Assembly: GCA_043228905.1 (NCBI GenBank)
Contig: JBHGNT010000014.1
Location: forward strand, 19,406,001 to 19,470,000
Length of the DNA stretch: 64,000 nt
Direction: 5' to 3'
DNA from: Azolla caroliniana
Lineage: Eukaryota; Plantae; Polypodiophyta
Both the position numbers and the translations under genes were made by a program. The notes under the pieces are model-generated. The model was not told where the DNA came from, did no database searches, and saw only the letters and a program-made list of their open reading frames with translations. Below, in pieces: positions 11,294 through 23,237 of the stretch. How positions within the stretch are numbered: position 1 is the stretch's first letter; the number at the start of each line of letters is the position of its first letter.

Positions 11294-14200
11294 AGTGGTG
11301 CCGTATATGTCTTAATGTCTAATGTATGTCCAAGCATTAGACTGAAGGATGAAGAAAATGGATTGGCGCATCATATACACAATGATTAGAGAGAAAGCCA
11401 ATGGCTTATGCAAATCCTCATGCCAAATTACGCAAAATACAAACACATAATTCATGAAGAGCAATATGCACGAAGCTAGAATAAGGAAAACCAAGTTGCC
11501 ATGGCTTCAGTCGAAAGAAGAGCCAATTATCTCTCTTTATTTAACCCCTTGTTATACAAGGTATGTACAAATGAGGGGGAGACCAAAATGAGGCGAGAGT
11601 TAATGTGTCAAGTGTATCTTCTTGACAATCCTGAGTTGATATAAAGCAACATAGCTCTATGGCCCAATTCCATGACACCAGCTTCAATACATCATATCTA
11701 ACTAAGAAATTTAATGCCATATAGATTCCAATAGGTGGATGTATCAAAATTCTTTAATTATTATATAATCACGATGTTCCATGTGGTAAAACCCATGCTT
11801 TGCAACATCAAGGTTGGGGGTTTTGGTCTCTAGCAAGAATGGGTTTCCTCGGTTGTTTTTGGCTTGCCAAATGCCTTGAGAGATGGAAACACCGTAGCCT
11901 GAGAAAAACTGGTGGACTGATTTCACCATTTTCTTGACAACCCATTGCTTTCCTAACAAAGTTGCACATGTTTATCCTACAATTTGCTCTTAAAAAATAT
12001 GACTTACAGGGTTGAAAATGAAACCATTGTCTAATGCAAACCTAACAAAGCTTGACATACTTGCCCTAAAAGCACATCATTGTAGAATACTTTTCACAAC
12101 ACATGGGTTGAAAATAAAACTATGGTTTAATTTTCATGCTCACCCTATAGGATTGGTAGGAGAGCGGAAAAAAAATGTAATATAGTGAAAGATGGTGAGA
12201 GAAGAGGCAATAGAAAGTTGCAAATCATTCCATGCAAATTTAGACAAGTATACAACTAATCACCTAATGGCAAGCTTAGAAAAGTCTTACATGTAATAAT
12301 GGCATGATTCCAAATACATATAAAGTTTGTATCTTGTCTAAGTTTTGTAGAAAATATTGGATATATTTGAAAAATACGTGTCCAAAATGTTCATGTAGGA
12401 CATGAGGCATTTTTATGACTTGATGAACTTAACGTAATGGATTCTATCTTATGCAATCCAAAGAGAGAGAAAGAATTCATATTTTGTTGGCCTAATAGCT
12501 TAAAATTTTCAATATGCATATAATATTCCAAAATATATAATACAAAAGGAAGATTTCAAAACATTAACCAAATTCATCCAAGTTATCGAGCTTTTGTCAA
12601 TCTCTCTTTACGAGGATGGGATAATATTTACTATTCTTGTTGATATTGTTGGTGTCTCTTTACATTTAGAGGTGTCAAAATTTCGGACAATTAATATTGT
12701 GAGTTGTGACACATGTATCCAAACAAGAGTGTAACGTTGTTTGGAGTTTCATTACTTATCAACTTGCTTTGTTTGCTTTATATATATATATATATAATAC
12801 ATAGATTGCACACAAAAGATCCACAAAAGAGAGGAAAACGTATAAACTCTTCGAAAGCATGACACCTCTAAGGTTAGAGACATAAGTTAGAATATTTTGT
12901 AGTCATGAATACTTCATGAACACTTTATCTGCGTCATTCTAAGTTCTCTCTAATTTTGGAATCTCCATTGGTAACTTATTCAGCTATCAACAAAAGGTCA
13001 TTAGTTCAAACCCCTACTTTTACTTGACTTTGTTACGGTATATATTAAACTACGTGCCACGTTGGTGTATCAAACCAACAATTTCATAGTCTCCAAATAG
13101 CTAGCACATCAATGTCCACTATGAGCCACATGCCAGAACAATTTATCATACTAACAATCTCTCACAAGTTTGAAAACATTTGACACGACCATCTCAATGA
13201 CGGCATGATGGACGCCTCTTTGTCACACACACTCTCTAATCTCCTTTTCTCTCAAACAAGTTTATGTATTCATTTTCTTTTTTCACACCTAATTCAAAGA
13301 AGTCAACATTATCTCTTTTGCTCTTCAAAATCTTTCTAATTCTCTGCGAATTTTCAAAGTTTTTTTTTTCCAAAAAAAATTCAAAGTTATGTTAAATTAG
13401 TTTGAATGAAAGTTGAATTAATACATGTTATTTCTAGACATACATCCATTAACTAAAAACAATAATATGAGATATGGACAATGTGTGACGAGAGAAAGAG
13501 CAACGTTTTCTAGAGTTTCCTTAGAAGAATGTGCATTCTTAGAATATTCATTACATTTGTGAGTGTTGGATCTTAAACATTTCCACTTGTCTTTGCTTCA
13601 TCAAATTTGATTCACATTTTGTCGAGATTGCACTTCGTGGATTGTGTTCTTCATGACTGTTCATGCTTCACCCTCACAACATGTCCTTTTCATTGTATTT
13701 GTGCTTCATTATGTACTATGCACATTTTCGCCTTTTATTTGTTCTCATAGTCTACACATGCTCAATGTTTTTGTCGGGTTCAATGTGCATGTGCACATTT
13801 CACATTTCTATACATAGGTAATGAGATGTAGCATTGTAGGAAGGGCACCTCATGAGTCACCAGTGGGTCTCAAAAGGTTAAATTCATTGCAAACAAAACT
13901 GTAATGTAATGTTTGTTGACATAGACCATAGACCAAATCTTATACCACGTGAACAAACACCTATTTATCATTTACGTGAAGATTATGCACAACCATTGTG
14001 TTGATCCTAATATTTATTTGAATTCCATGAAGTTTAAGTTCCTATTCAAGTTGTTTAATACCGTGGGACCGAAGGTAAAGATTTGATGCAATAGTTTTTC
14101 TACAAGCCATTTTTCATTTGACATAAATTTGCTTAGTATGAATTTATTTTTTAAAAGTGTAGATATTGTTTCTTAGTGACATTTGTAGATCTCGAATTCC

Positions 14201-15301
14201 AATTTTCCTAAAATTGGTCTAGATATCATTCTCATTGAATTGGAAACATCATGAATGCACCTTAGTTTGTGGAATCTTCACTCTTCCGCAAAGAATATAT
14301 AAATTTGTGATGTGAACGGAATTGAAATTGGTGAAATCAAAGCTCTGAAATGAAAGCTCCCAAAATCAAGCTTCACATAAATAAAAGAAAGGTTGAAAAG
14401 CATGTTATTCCAGAAACGTGAATGTCGTCATGTGGCTATTGGCCCAACTTTAGGTCTTCGATGCATTTGTTGCCAACACAGTTCATTTGAAATCATTTCA
14501 CTTTGCTTTCACACCACAATATGACTTTCTATGTCTTCTTCTTCATGTGAACCCACCCTTTACTCATGTATGTTTTTGGGCATGGGGGTCCACCATGTCA
14601 TTGCTAAGGTTACACAGTAGTTGACAAGTGGCATGACAGAGTTAGTTGGTACATTTAAAGTTACCCCACCATGTCCTTGATAAGTGTATAGTGACAAGTG
14701 GCAGGACGTTGTTGGTACATGTAGAGGTACCCCGAATTGATGAGGTAGGCAAATAAAAGGAGAAGCGTAAGAGAAGCTGTAACAAGTTGTGCCACATTAT
14801 TCGATCCAATGTCGTACAAAGGTTGTTCGACAGAGTTCTGAATTGGTGGGAGAGCACACGATAAAAATCCAAATCAGGTGGTAACGATGATAAAAAGAGA
14901 GAGTCAATGTAAGCATTGGTGAGAAGGCACACGGTTTGATCGGTCCATGTGGGTGTTGAAGTCGGCAGCTTAGGATTTCGAGATCCCGAGTGCGAAAACA
15001 ACGAATGGGGATCGAAACGCATGGTCCGGTGGGCGGGCGGTGTGAATGGGTGTGAACGAGCGAGGCGAAGGCGAAAGCGAAAGCATGGAGGGGTTTAGAA
15101 GGTGACACGGCGACAAAAGTGTGTAGGGGTTAGGGTGAGGGTGAGGGTTTTGTGTTAGATGCGATGGATGAGAGATGAGATTGCAATAGAAAGACAAAAA
15201 GGCAAAAAGGAAGAAGAAAGAAGAAGAAGAAGAAGAAGAAGAAGAACAAAAATAAAAACAGTGGGCAGCATGGGGGGGGGGGGGGGGGGCGCTCTGCTTC
15301 T

Positions 15302-15459
15302 CACGTGGAAGGGAAGGGTCACGTGACGACACGTGGAGAGAATACACGCAGAGAGAGAAAGAAAAGTCTCTCTCTCTCTCTCTCTCTGTCTGTGTCTGTG
15401 TCTTTTCAAATTTCCATATGCGACGTGTCAAATGGAAAGAGGAGATGTCCGGACACGTG
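15302..15459 (+). promoter_or_regulatory. G-box/ABRE cluster upstream of the NINJA/AFP-like gene
   Basis: CACGTG at 15302, 15320, 15330 and 15454; ACGTGTC at 15423; all 200-360 bp upstream of ATG 15662. Confidence 0.75.
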
Positions 15460-15661
15460 TGAAACCAAAAAAAGCATTATACACACACACACACACACAC
15501 ACACCTCTCTCTCTCTCTCGCTCTCTCTTGCTTTGCTTCCTCTGTTTTTTCCATTCCATGTAGAAAAACTCTTTGTCCCTGTTTCCATTTCATGTACAAA
15601 AAGAAGGAGAGCAGGAGCAGAGATATATGTCTGTGTGTGTTTGCTTTTTTAAATTTAGGCT

Positions 15662-17470
15662 ATGGCTGCTCTCCTCCCTTCTTCTTCTTCTTCTTCTTCT
15701 TCTTCTTCTTCTTCTGATCAATCCCTGTCTAATCTAGACCTCTCTCTTGGTGGCCTCTTCTCTTCTACCAAACCTTCCTCCTCCTCACTAACCTTAGACA
15801 TCCCTACTACTCTTCCTCCTAACCCTAACCCTAACCCTAACCCTAACCTTCTTCAGATTCCATGTATTCTTGATCAGAGCTCCAACAGTGTAGTAGTAGT
15901 GAGCAGCAAGCAAGCAGCCATGGAATCTGCTCCTCCTTCCTACACTACTGCTCTTCAATACCCTCCCATACCCCATCCTCCGAGTCTTCTTCCTCAACAA
16001 CCTTACCATCATCATCAATGGATTCATCCTTTCAATCATCAGGCTGTGAGCAGCATACCTAATTATAAAACTGGCCCTCCTCCTCCTCCTCCTCTTCTTC
16101 CTGTCCCCAGGCTCTCCATACCTTGTCTCTCTCATCTTCATCATCACCATCATCACCATAGTAGCATAGAGTCTACCCCAAGTAGCATAAGTTTCTCACC
16201 CTTCCCTCCCTTCCTCAATCCGGTGATTCCTAGGGTCATGAGCTCGAATCCGGATTTCTCTAGTTTAGACAAGAAGGAAACATCATTAGTTAGAAGAGAA
16301 GATGAATCCTCTAGCACGTTATTTAATGCAGGCATAATAGAGCCAAAGGAGAGAGGAGGTGTAGCAGCAATCAGGGAAGATTGTAATAGCATTACAAAGG
16401 TAGAAGAGCCAGAGAAGATGAGGAAGAATAAGAAGAAGAATAAGAAGAGGAGGAGGAGGGGGGTAGTGTTAACAAAGAAGGCTTGTCAAGGAGAGATCAT
16501 TAAGAAAGTGAGGTTTAATGAAGATATAATCGTGGAGCAAAAGCAATTGAGAGAATCACATGGTAAGCTTGACCCACATGTTCAGTGTATGATGCCTATT
16601 GACCTATCATGCCAGCCAATGGGCACACATAAAAGGATGCATAGTAGCAATGTCTCTAGCCCTAATGCTCGTAAAGCCGTCGTCGGGTCCACCGATACAG
16701 ATACAAAGGTGGCCATTTCCTTTGTTAAACCCAAGTCAAGCCCTCAAAGCAAGGTTATGGTAGATGGCATTAAGGCCAAGCTTGATAATGCAAATAGTGA
16801 CACTAGAGTTCTACCCAAGTCAAGCCCTCAAAGCAAGGTTATGGTAGATGGCATTAAGGCCAAGCTTGATAATGCAAGTAGTGACACTAGAGTTCTAAGA
16901 GGACTTTATGGTGGTAACATTGATGATGAGGAGAAGGGGGAGAAGGGTGATGATAATGAGAAACTTGCACGCCAAGAAGAGATCGGAAGACCCGACAAAC
17001 GCGATGCAACTTCTTGCGACAACAAACACGAAGAAGGAGAGCCCCTAGGAACTGTGGACGACGAGAGTGCCAAGGAAACACCCGAGCCTCGTCTGAGACA
17101 AGTTGTCGGGGACTACGAGAGCGAGAATCGAAGTCAAGTTGTCGGGGACAATGATGAGAGCGAGAAGAAGAGAGCCCTGAGATCGTATCGATGGCGAGCG
17201 ATCGGGGCCAACATGAGTGAGAAGGAAATGATGGAATTATATCGATCCATCCTACATTTGCCACGGGTTTCAACCACGGGGATCGGGCCCAACGGGAAGA
17301 CCATATATGGTGTAATGTATATGAATGAGGCCAACAAGGCATGTTTGGTTTGTAGGTGCCATGGGGAGCACATGTCCCCACTAGAGTTTGTAGAGCACTC
17401 TGGGAGTAGTGACACCTCCAATCCTGAAAGGCACATAATGATCCACTATCTCCCTTCTTCTTTTCAATAA
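15662..17470 (+). CDS. NINJA/AFP-family transcriptional adaptor (EAR motif plus TIFY-domain-binding C domain)
   Basis: N-terminal LSNLDLSLGGLF resembles the NINJA A-domain EAR motif. C-terminal LPRVSTTGIGPNGKTIYGVMY...LVCRCHGEHMSPLEFVEHSG...NPERHI matches the NINJA/AFP C domain. Confidence 0.85.
   Translation: MAALLPSSSSSSSSSSSSDQSLSNLDLSLGGLFSSTKPSSSSLTLDIPTTLPPNPNPNPNPNLLQIPCILDQSSNSVVVVSSKQAAMESAPPSYTTALQYPPIPHPPSLLPQQPYHHHQWIHPFNHQAVSSIPNYKTGPPPPPPLLPVPRLSIPCLSHLHHHHHHHSSIESTPSSISFSPFPPFLNPVIPRVMSSNPDFSSLDKKETSLVRREDESSSTLFNAGIIEPKERGGVAAIREDCNSITKVEEPEKMRKNKKKNKKRRRRGVVLTKKACQGEIIKKVRFNEDIIVEQKQLRESHGKLDPHVQCMMPIDLSCQPMGTHKRMHSSNVSSPNARKAVVGSTDTDTKVAISFVKPKSSPQSKVMVDGIKAKLDNANSDTRVLPKSSPQSKVMVDGIKAKLDNASSDTRVLRGLYGGNIDDEEKGEKGDDNEKLARQEEIGRPDKRDATSCDNKHEEGEPLGTVDDESAKETPEPRLRQVVGDYESENRSQVVGDNDESEKKRALRSYRWRAIGANMSEKEMMELYRSILHLPRVSTTGIGPNGKTIYGVMYMNEANKACLVCRCHGEHMSPLEFVEHSGSSDTSNPERHIMIHYLPSSFQ
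16730..16897 (+). repeat. In-frame 84-bp (28-aa) tandem duplication within the NINJA/AFP-like CDS
   Basis: PKSSPQSKVMVDGIKAKLDNA(N/S)SDTRVL occurs twice, with one nucleotide difference. Confidence 0.95.
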
Positions 17471-18006
17471 ACAAAAACAAAAACAAAACAAAACAAAACA
17501 AGTTTTGCTTTTTATTTATTTTGAGTGTGCTTTTGGCTAATATCTTTGTTATGTTTGATTCATTTCTAATTTTCACAATACATTTTATATCTTTACTTCC
17601 ATCGGATGCAAAACCCCATGCCATAGAAGATACATATTGACTACCCCAAGTTCTTCCTTGCTCAAGGGTTTTTGTCGGCGTGGTCAAAACCAAACCAAAC
17701 CTCGGAAGAACGATAATATACTATAGGCTCCTTTGCATGCTTTCATCATATAAATGTGAACATTAATTCAGACAGCAATATTCAGGAACAAGTCACGAGA
17801 ATATCAATAATCAATCAATTATCCGGCCATTCATGAATATTTTTCCACCCAAATGGTGGCATGTTCATCATTTTAATAGGCATTTGGATTTACCAATAAA
17901 TAATCAATCAAGGATAATGTACACATATTTGTCAATTATAATAATTCTACACTTCACTAGCATAATTGGGCATAGAAGGGATGTATAAAATACTTGCTCC
18001 ATAGGT

Positions 18007-18238
18007 TTTTGCATTAGATAATAGAAAAACAAGGTTCCATCACTCTATTATCGATTGAAAAGTACAAGACTTGGGCCCAATCTTGTAAACAAAATCTTTG
18101 ACAAGAAGATAGGATGAATCATGTATTTTTGCATTAGAAAATAGAAAAACAAGGTTCCATCACTCTACATTATTGATTGAAAAGTACAAGACTTGGCCCC
18201 CAATCTTGTAAACAAAATCTTTGAGAAGAAGATAGGAT
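18007..18238. repeat. Direct duplication, period ~120 bp
   Basis: ttttgcattaga...aacaaggttccatcactcta...aagaagataggat occurs twice. Confidence 0.9.
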
Positions 18239-19393
18239 AACGACCAAGCATTCTGAAAGTAAAGACATGTCAATAACAAAGACACAACTTCACACTAATC
18301 CTGAACCAATATATACACCAAAGATTTGAAAAGCGATAAGGTCGAAACCACTTTGCATTATTTAGCTAAACAGTCACCTCCTAATGCCAGCTCAAAGAGA
18401 GGAAAGCAGTCAACTATTGCAAGAAGGAAATTTAAAAGCATTTGCCCTTCTCAGAATGGTGTCAATCACCACTACTGACGTTAAAAGGCCTCAGCCCTCA
18501 AAGTCAAAACTGCTGAGTAGCTAGAGAGATGCTCGCTAATCCCACAGCTCACAAAAACAAACTATTGCAAGCAAGGAATTTAATGCAGCAATTCCCCCAT
18601 TAGATTGCTATCTTTCAACAAGATGAATCAAACATACACAGGACATAGCCATATCGTTAGTTAGTTCAAGATACACATGCTACTATTTTTTACCCCCATG
18701 TTGCTTTTGTACAAATAAAGCTTTAATGAGACTTTAAAGAGCTACATAATACACAGTACCATGTTGCTCAAGAGTTGATTGGGCACTTGTAAACGATTTA
18801 AATGCTTTGAGATAGCACAACATAAACATTGATAAACATTGACTGTTTTTCACAACCTTTTTTCCAAATAAGATCAGGTATAAATGAGAAACGAAAACAA
18901 GTAGCGCAAAATACTGACACATTTACTCATATCATCAAAATTTTGTGAGTGTTAGTTAAGCATAAATATTATAAAAATGTTCACCACAACCAGTGAAACA
19001 TCTACTGACAAAGACAAAATAGTCATTTATAAGGATTCAAAAGACCAAATATAAATATTATTTAGAGAAAAGAAAATTGAATATGCACATCGACAGTAAC
19101 CAATGTTTAGGCTGTAATCATCAGAGATAATAAAACCAAACACATGTCTTCATGTATTAGAATTCAGGAATATCATAAAATGAAAAATATCATAGTCGCA
19201 CAGAATAAGGGAATCTATAGCCGGGCCATATATATATATATATATATATATGCAAACCAAGGTCAGGGTATGGCCCCTTTGAGTTTTACAGCCATGTGCG
19301 ATGAAAGATCACATTTAATGATAATATTCCCGAATACACCAAAAGGAAATACACAAGTTAGTTTAAGAACAGAACAGTTTTTGTTCAGATACC

Positions 19394-22300
19394 TCACACA
19401 ACTGCACCTTCATCTATGGATTCCATCTCCTTGGATTCTGTGAAGGGCAGGAAATCATCATTGTCAGTGAGGTTGTATTTCTGGCCTATGGCCCTCAGCA
19501 TCTGGTGTACCTCATACATCGAGGGCCTTTCCTTTGGAATTGAATGAATACATCTACATGCAATCCTTAGGATTTGGTTGAGCTCACTATCAAATCCCTT
19601 CGTCTTGAGTGTCTTGTCCATAGCCTCATCACGACGTCCATTATTTGAAAGGAAAGTTACCCACTCCGCCAAATTCCCTCTAAAGTCACTTTCACTACAC
19701 ACATCGCTCGCCTTTTGACCTGTCACAAGCTCGAGTAGCACTACACCAAAGCTATAGACATCCCCTTTCACTGTAGGAACTAGTGTTCGGGCATACTCTG
19801 GAGCCACATAGCCAATATCACCAAAATCACCATTGACGAAGGTATTAATGTGGGTATCCACGGGTTTCATGAGACGAGCTAGCCCAAAATCCGTGATCCT
19901 TGGCTCGTAATCATCGTCTAGAAGAATGATACTACTACTAATGTTGCAATGGATGATTCTTGGATTACATGTGTGATGCAACCATGCAAGGCCACGAGCC
20001 ATTCCGATGCTTATCTTGACCCGTGTTGGCCAATCAGGATTTCTCCCCTCTGGCAGCACTTCATGAAGCCAATCTTTGAGGCTTCCATTCACCATATGCT
20101 TATAGATAAGTAGCTTTTCAGAACCTGCTACACAATATCCAAGCAACGGAACAAGATTCCTATGCCTTACTCTACCCAATATCTCCATCTCGGATTTGAA
20201 TTGCTTATCACTATGCAAAGAAGATGGGTTCAATCTCTTGACTGCCAACATAGACCCATCAGCAAGAAATGCTTTATAAACTGTCCCTGTTCTTCCCGAC
20301 CAGATTATGTTCTCTTTACTAAAATCATTCGTCACAAACATGAGCTCTGAGAGTTTTAGCTTCATCAATGGCTTCTCAAATAAGGAAACAACTACAGATT
20401 TAGGCATGCGTTTCGCCCATTTATGTTCATCTCGAAGAAAAGCACTTTCTTTTGTTCGGGCTCGGCCTGAATAATAATACCACACAAGTAGTGTGCACAC
20501 GAGGGCTAAAACTGCAGCCCCAGCCAAAGCACCACCAATGATGGGCCCCATCTTTGGGCCAGGATTGCATGATTTGTTATCCAATGGAGCACCACAAAGA
20601 CCAGGGTTATTGCTAAAGGATGCTGCAGGAAATGGGTCCCGATGAATCGCTGTTCGATTGATATAACTAGATGGGATGGATCCAGTTAGAGAGTTACCTG
20701 AAAAGTTCAATTCAACTTGGTTAGCTTAGACTTGCAACTATCCTTTAATATCACCATTTGAAAGAAAGCCAGTCTGACTTTGAGAGAACTTTTTTTTAAT
20801 TTGCATTATTTGAAAAAAATTAAGATAAGAGATACTCTCCATATTATGAGTTGTTCAAGAGTAAGCAAAGCCTTTGAACCGTTAACATTATCTCAACATG
20901 CATTATTTGAATATCACCTTCAATTTATGAAGTTGAAGGCAACAGAGACCCTCTAAAATACAAAATGTTTTAGAATAAAGAATTATTGAGATATTGGGTA
21001 ACAGATAATTTGCTTATATACATGTCCTCATATACATTCCTAATACACATGTTGTACATGCAAGTATGAAATACAACATATATTCATGTACACTATTCGC
21101 AACATGCCTGTGGTCAATGATTGGGCTAGAGATACACAACGGAAGCACAACATACACATGTGAAACAGAAATTGCATTTTCTATTCATGCAACTAGATGC
21201 AAATGAATCCCGTCAAAAGAGACATTTGCAAGGTCAAGTTTGATAGCTTAAATTTGCAAATACGAAACTTTAAACTCTAAACCTATCATTGATGTAACTA
21301 GATTGTGAAAAATTCACTTGTAGAAGAGTTACTTGAAAGATCAAGTACAAACCTAAACCTAAACCCAAACCACAAAATATAAAACCTTAAGCTCTAAATC
21401 CTAACATTTTATAGATGTAAGTAGCCACATTGGGATAAATCCAGTCAAGTTAACAAACAAAAGGTTTATTTCAGATATCAAGCCCGGTTAGCCTTGGAGA
21501 AATCCCTGTTTGGCACAGGAGCTCTCTGGAGAATTGATCTTCTAAACTCTAATCCTTAATCCTAAAACCTAAAATAGAAAGCTCAAAACTTTAAGCCTAA
21601 AACTTTTATTGATGTGACTGTATAACGTCAAGTAGAAACTGTATACCTTCTATTGAGAAAACTAGAATCTAAACCTTGGATTGATGACAGTTATAACTAC
21701 GTTACAGAAGACTTGTGTGAAAGAACAAGTACAATCCTTAACCCAGAACACAAAATACAAAACTTTAAACCCTAAACCCTAACATGGTACCTTCAATTGA
21801 TGTAAGTAGACGGGGATAACTTCACTTCAGTTAACATATAAAGTACTAGCCTGAAAGATGAAGTACATTTAAACTGAGAACAATAGCGGTTGTATATGGA
21901 GGCCAAAACTCTAAACGATTTAAACCATCAGTTGATATAACTACATTGAGATTAATCCAGTTAGGTTAAGAACGAAAAGAGTTAGCACCCGAGAGATCAA
22001 GCTAAACCAGAACGAAAAGATTATACAAAGGTAAGAATTAGTTACCCGAAAGATCAAGAACAGTTAACCTCGGAAGGATCCCAATTTGCCATGGAAGCTG
22101 ACCAGATAATTGGTTCTCTTGCAATTTCAGACTATTGAGATAAACACAGTCCTGGAAACCTTCTGGAACATTCCCTGAGAATTCATTCTGAGAAAGATCT
22201 ATAGCTGTGCTATAAGGAAGATCCTTGCATATATCTGAAGGAATATTTCCATTGAACTTATTTTGAGATAGATCAAGTTCTTGTAAAGATGAACAAAGGT

Positions 22301-22562
22301 CTAGTCCTTCTGGGAAACTTCCAGAAAGACTTGAGTGTGTGAGCTTTAAGCTAAATACTTTATTTTCTAGAGCATTCCAGCAGTTAACGCCAGAAAAGCT
22401 GCAGACGGAGCCTTTAGAGGCATTATTGAAGTTCCAGTTGGACAGAAGCCCTAATGGATCTTCGACCGAGTTATGGAAAGCTTGTAAACACGCTGTGTCG
22501 TCCTCTGAGTGAACCAAGGGAGAAGAAAGAAGGGGAAGAAGAAGCAGAAAAATAAGCTTCAT
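19394..22562 (-). CDS. BIR-like LRR-X receptor-like (pseudo)kinase, 2 exons (22562-22046, 20697-19394), ~606 aa
   Basis: Signal peptide, LRRNT cysteines, about 5 LRRs, a TM helix and a kinase domain with VSLFEKPLMKLKL, SGRTG, LAVKRL, IIHCNISS, DFGLARLM and TFVNGDFGDIGYVAPEY, all typical of the BIR family. Splicing TCG G|GTAAC...TTTTCAG|GTAAC joins the two ORFs in frame as LDLSGNSLTGSIP. Confidence 0.9.
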
Positions 22563-22698
22563 TTCTTGTTTTATACTTTGTACTGCAAGGCTATATAGCT
22601 ATAATGAGAGCTGAAGAATGAGATCTGAGATATGGAGACCTCTGACACAGAAAGGAGGGGAGAGAGAGGAGGAAGTTGAGCATTCAGAGCTCACTTAG

Positions 22699-22729
<31 letters not shown>

Positions 22730-22814
22730 CATGGTCCTCTTAACTCCCCCAGAAAAAATGCAGGTCAAACGTTTAACTGTATCTCTCATGTTTCATGGGC
22801 GAAACCCTAAATTG

Positions 22815-22845
<31 letters not shown>

Positions 22846-22895
22846 TCCCTCTCTTTGGTCTGTCCATGAAATGGCCACTCACTCAGTCACACCAG

Positions 22896-23012
22896 TATGT
22901 ATGTATGTTATGTTACTTATGTATGTATGTATGTATGTATGTATGTATGTATGTATGTATGTATGTATGTATGTATGTATGTATGTATGTATTGTTATGT
23001 TACTTATGTATG

Positions 23013-23045
<33 letters not shown>

Positions 23046-23067
23046 TATGTTATGTTACTTATGTATG

Positions 23068-23101
<34 letters not shown>

Positions 23102-23113
23102 TGTATGTATGTA

Positions 23114-23148
<35 letters not shown>

Positions 23149-23163
23149 ATGTATATGTATGTA

Positions 23164-23215
<52 letters not shown>

Positions 23216-23237
23216 TGTATGCGTGTATGTATGTATG
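22896..23237. repeat. Compound (TATG)n/(TG)n microsatellite upstream of the BIR-like gene
   Basis: About 340 bp of TATG and TG units, interrupted three times by ttatgttactta. Confidence 0.95.

Noticed and set aside
11500-14600. Possible decayed transposon sequence (also 2750-4100 and 23650-24450)
   Set aside because: No TIRs, TSDs or protein motifs that I could support by eye.
15818-15848. (CCCTAA)n telomere-like repeat
   Set aside because: Only about 5 units, encoding PNPNPN in a low-complexity CDS; best explained as a coding microsatellite.
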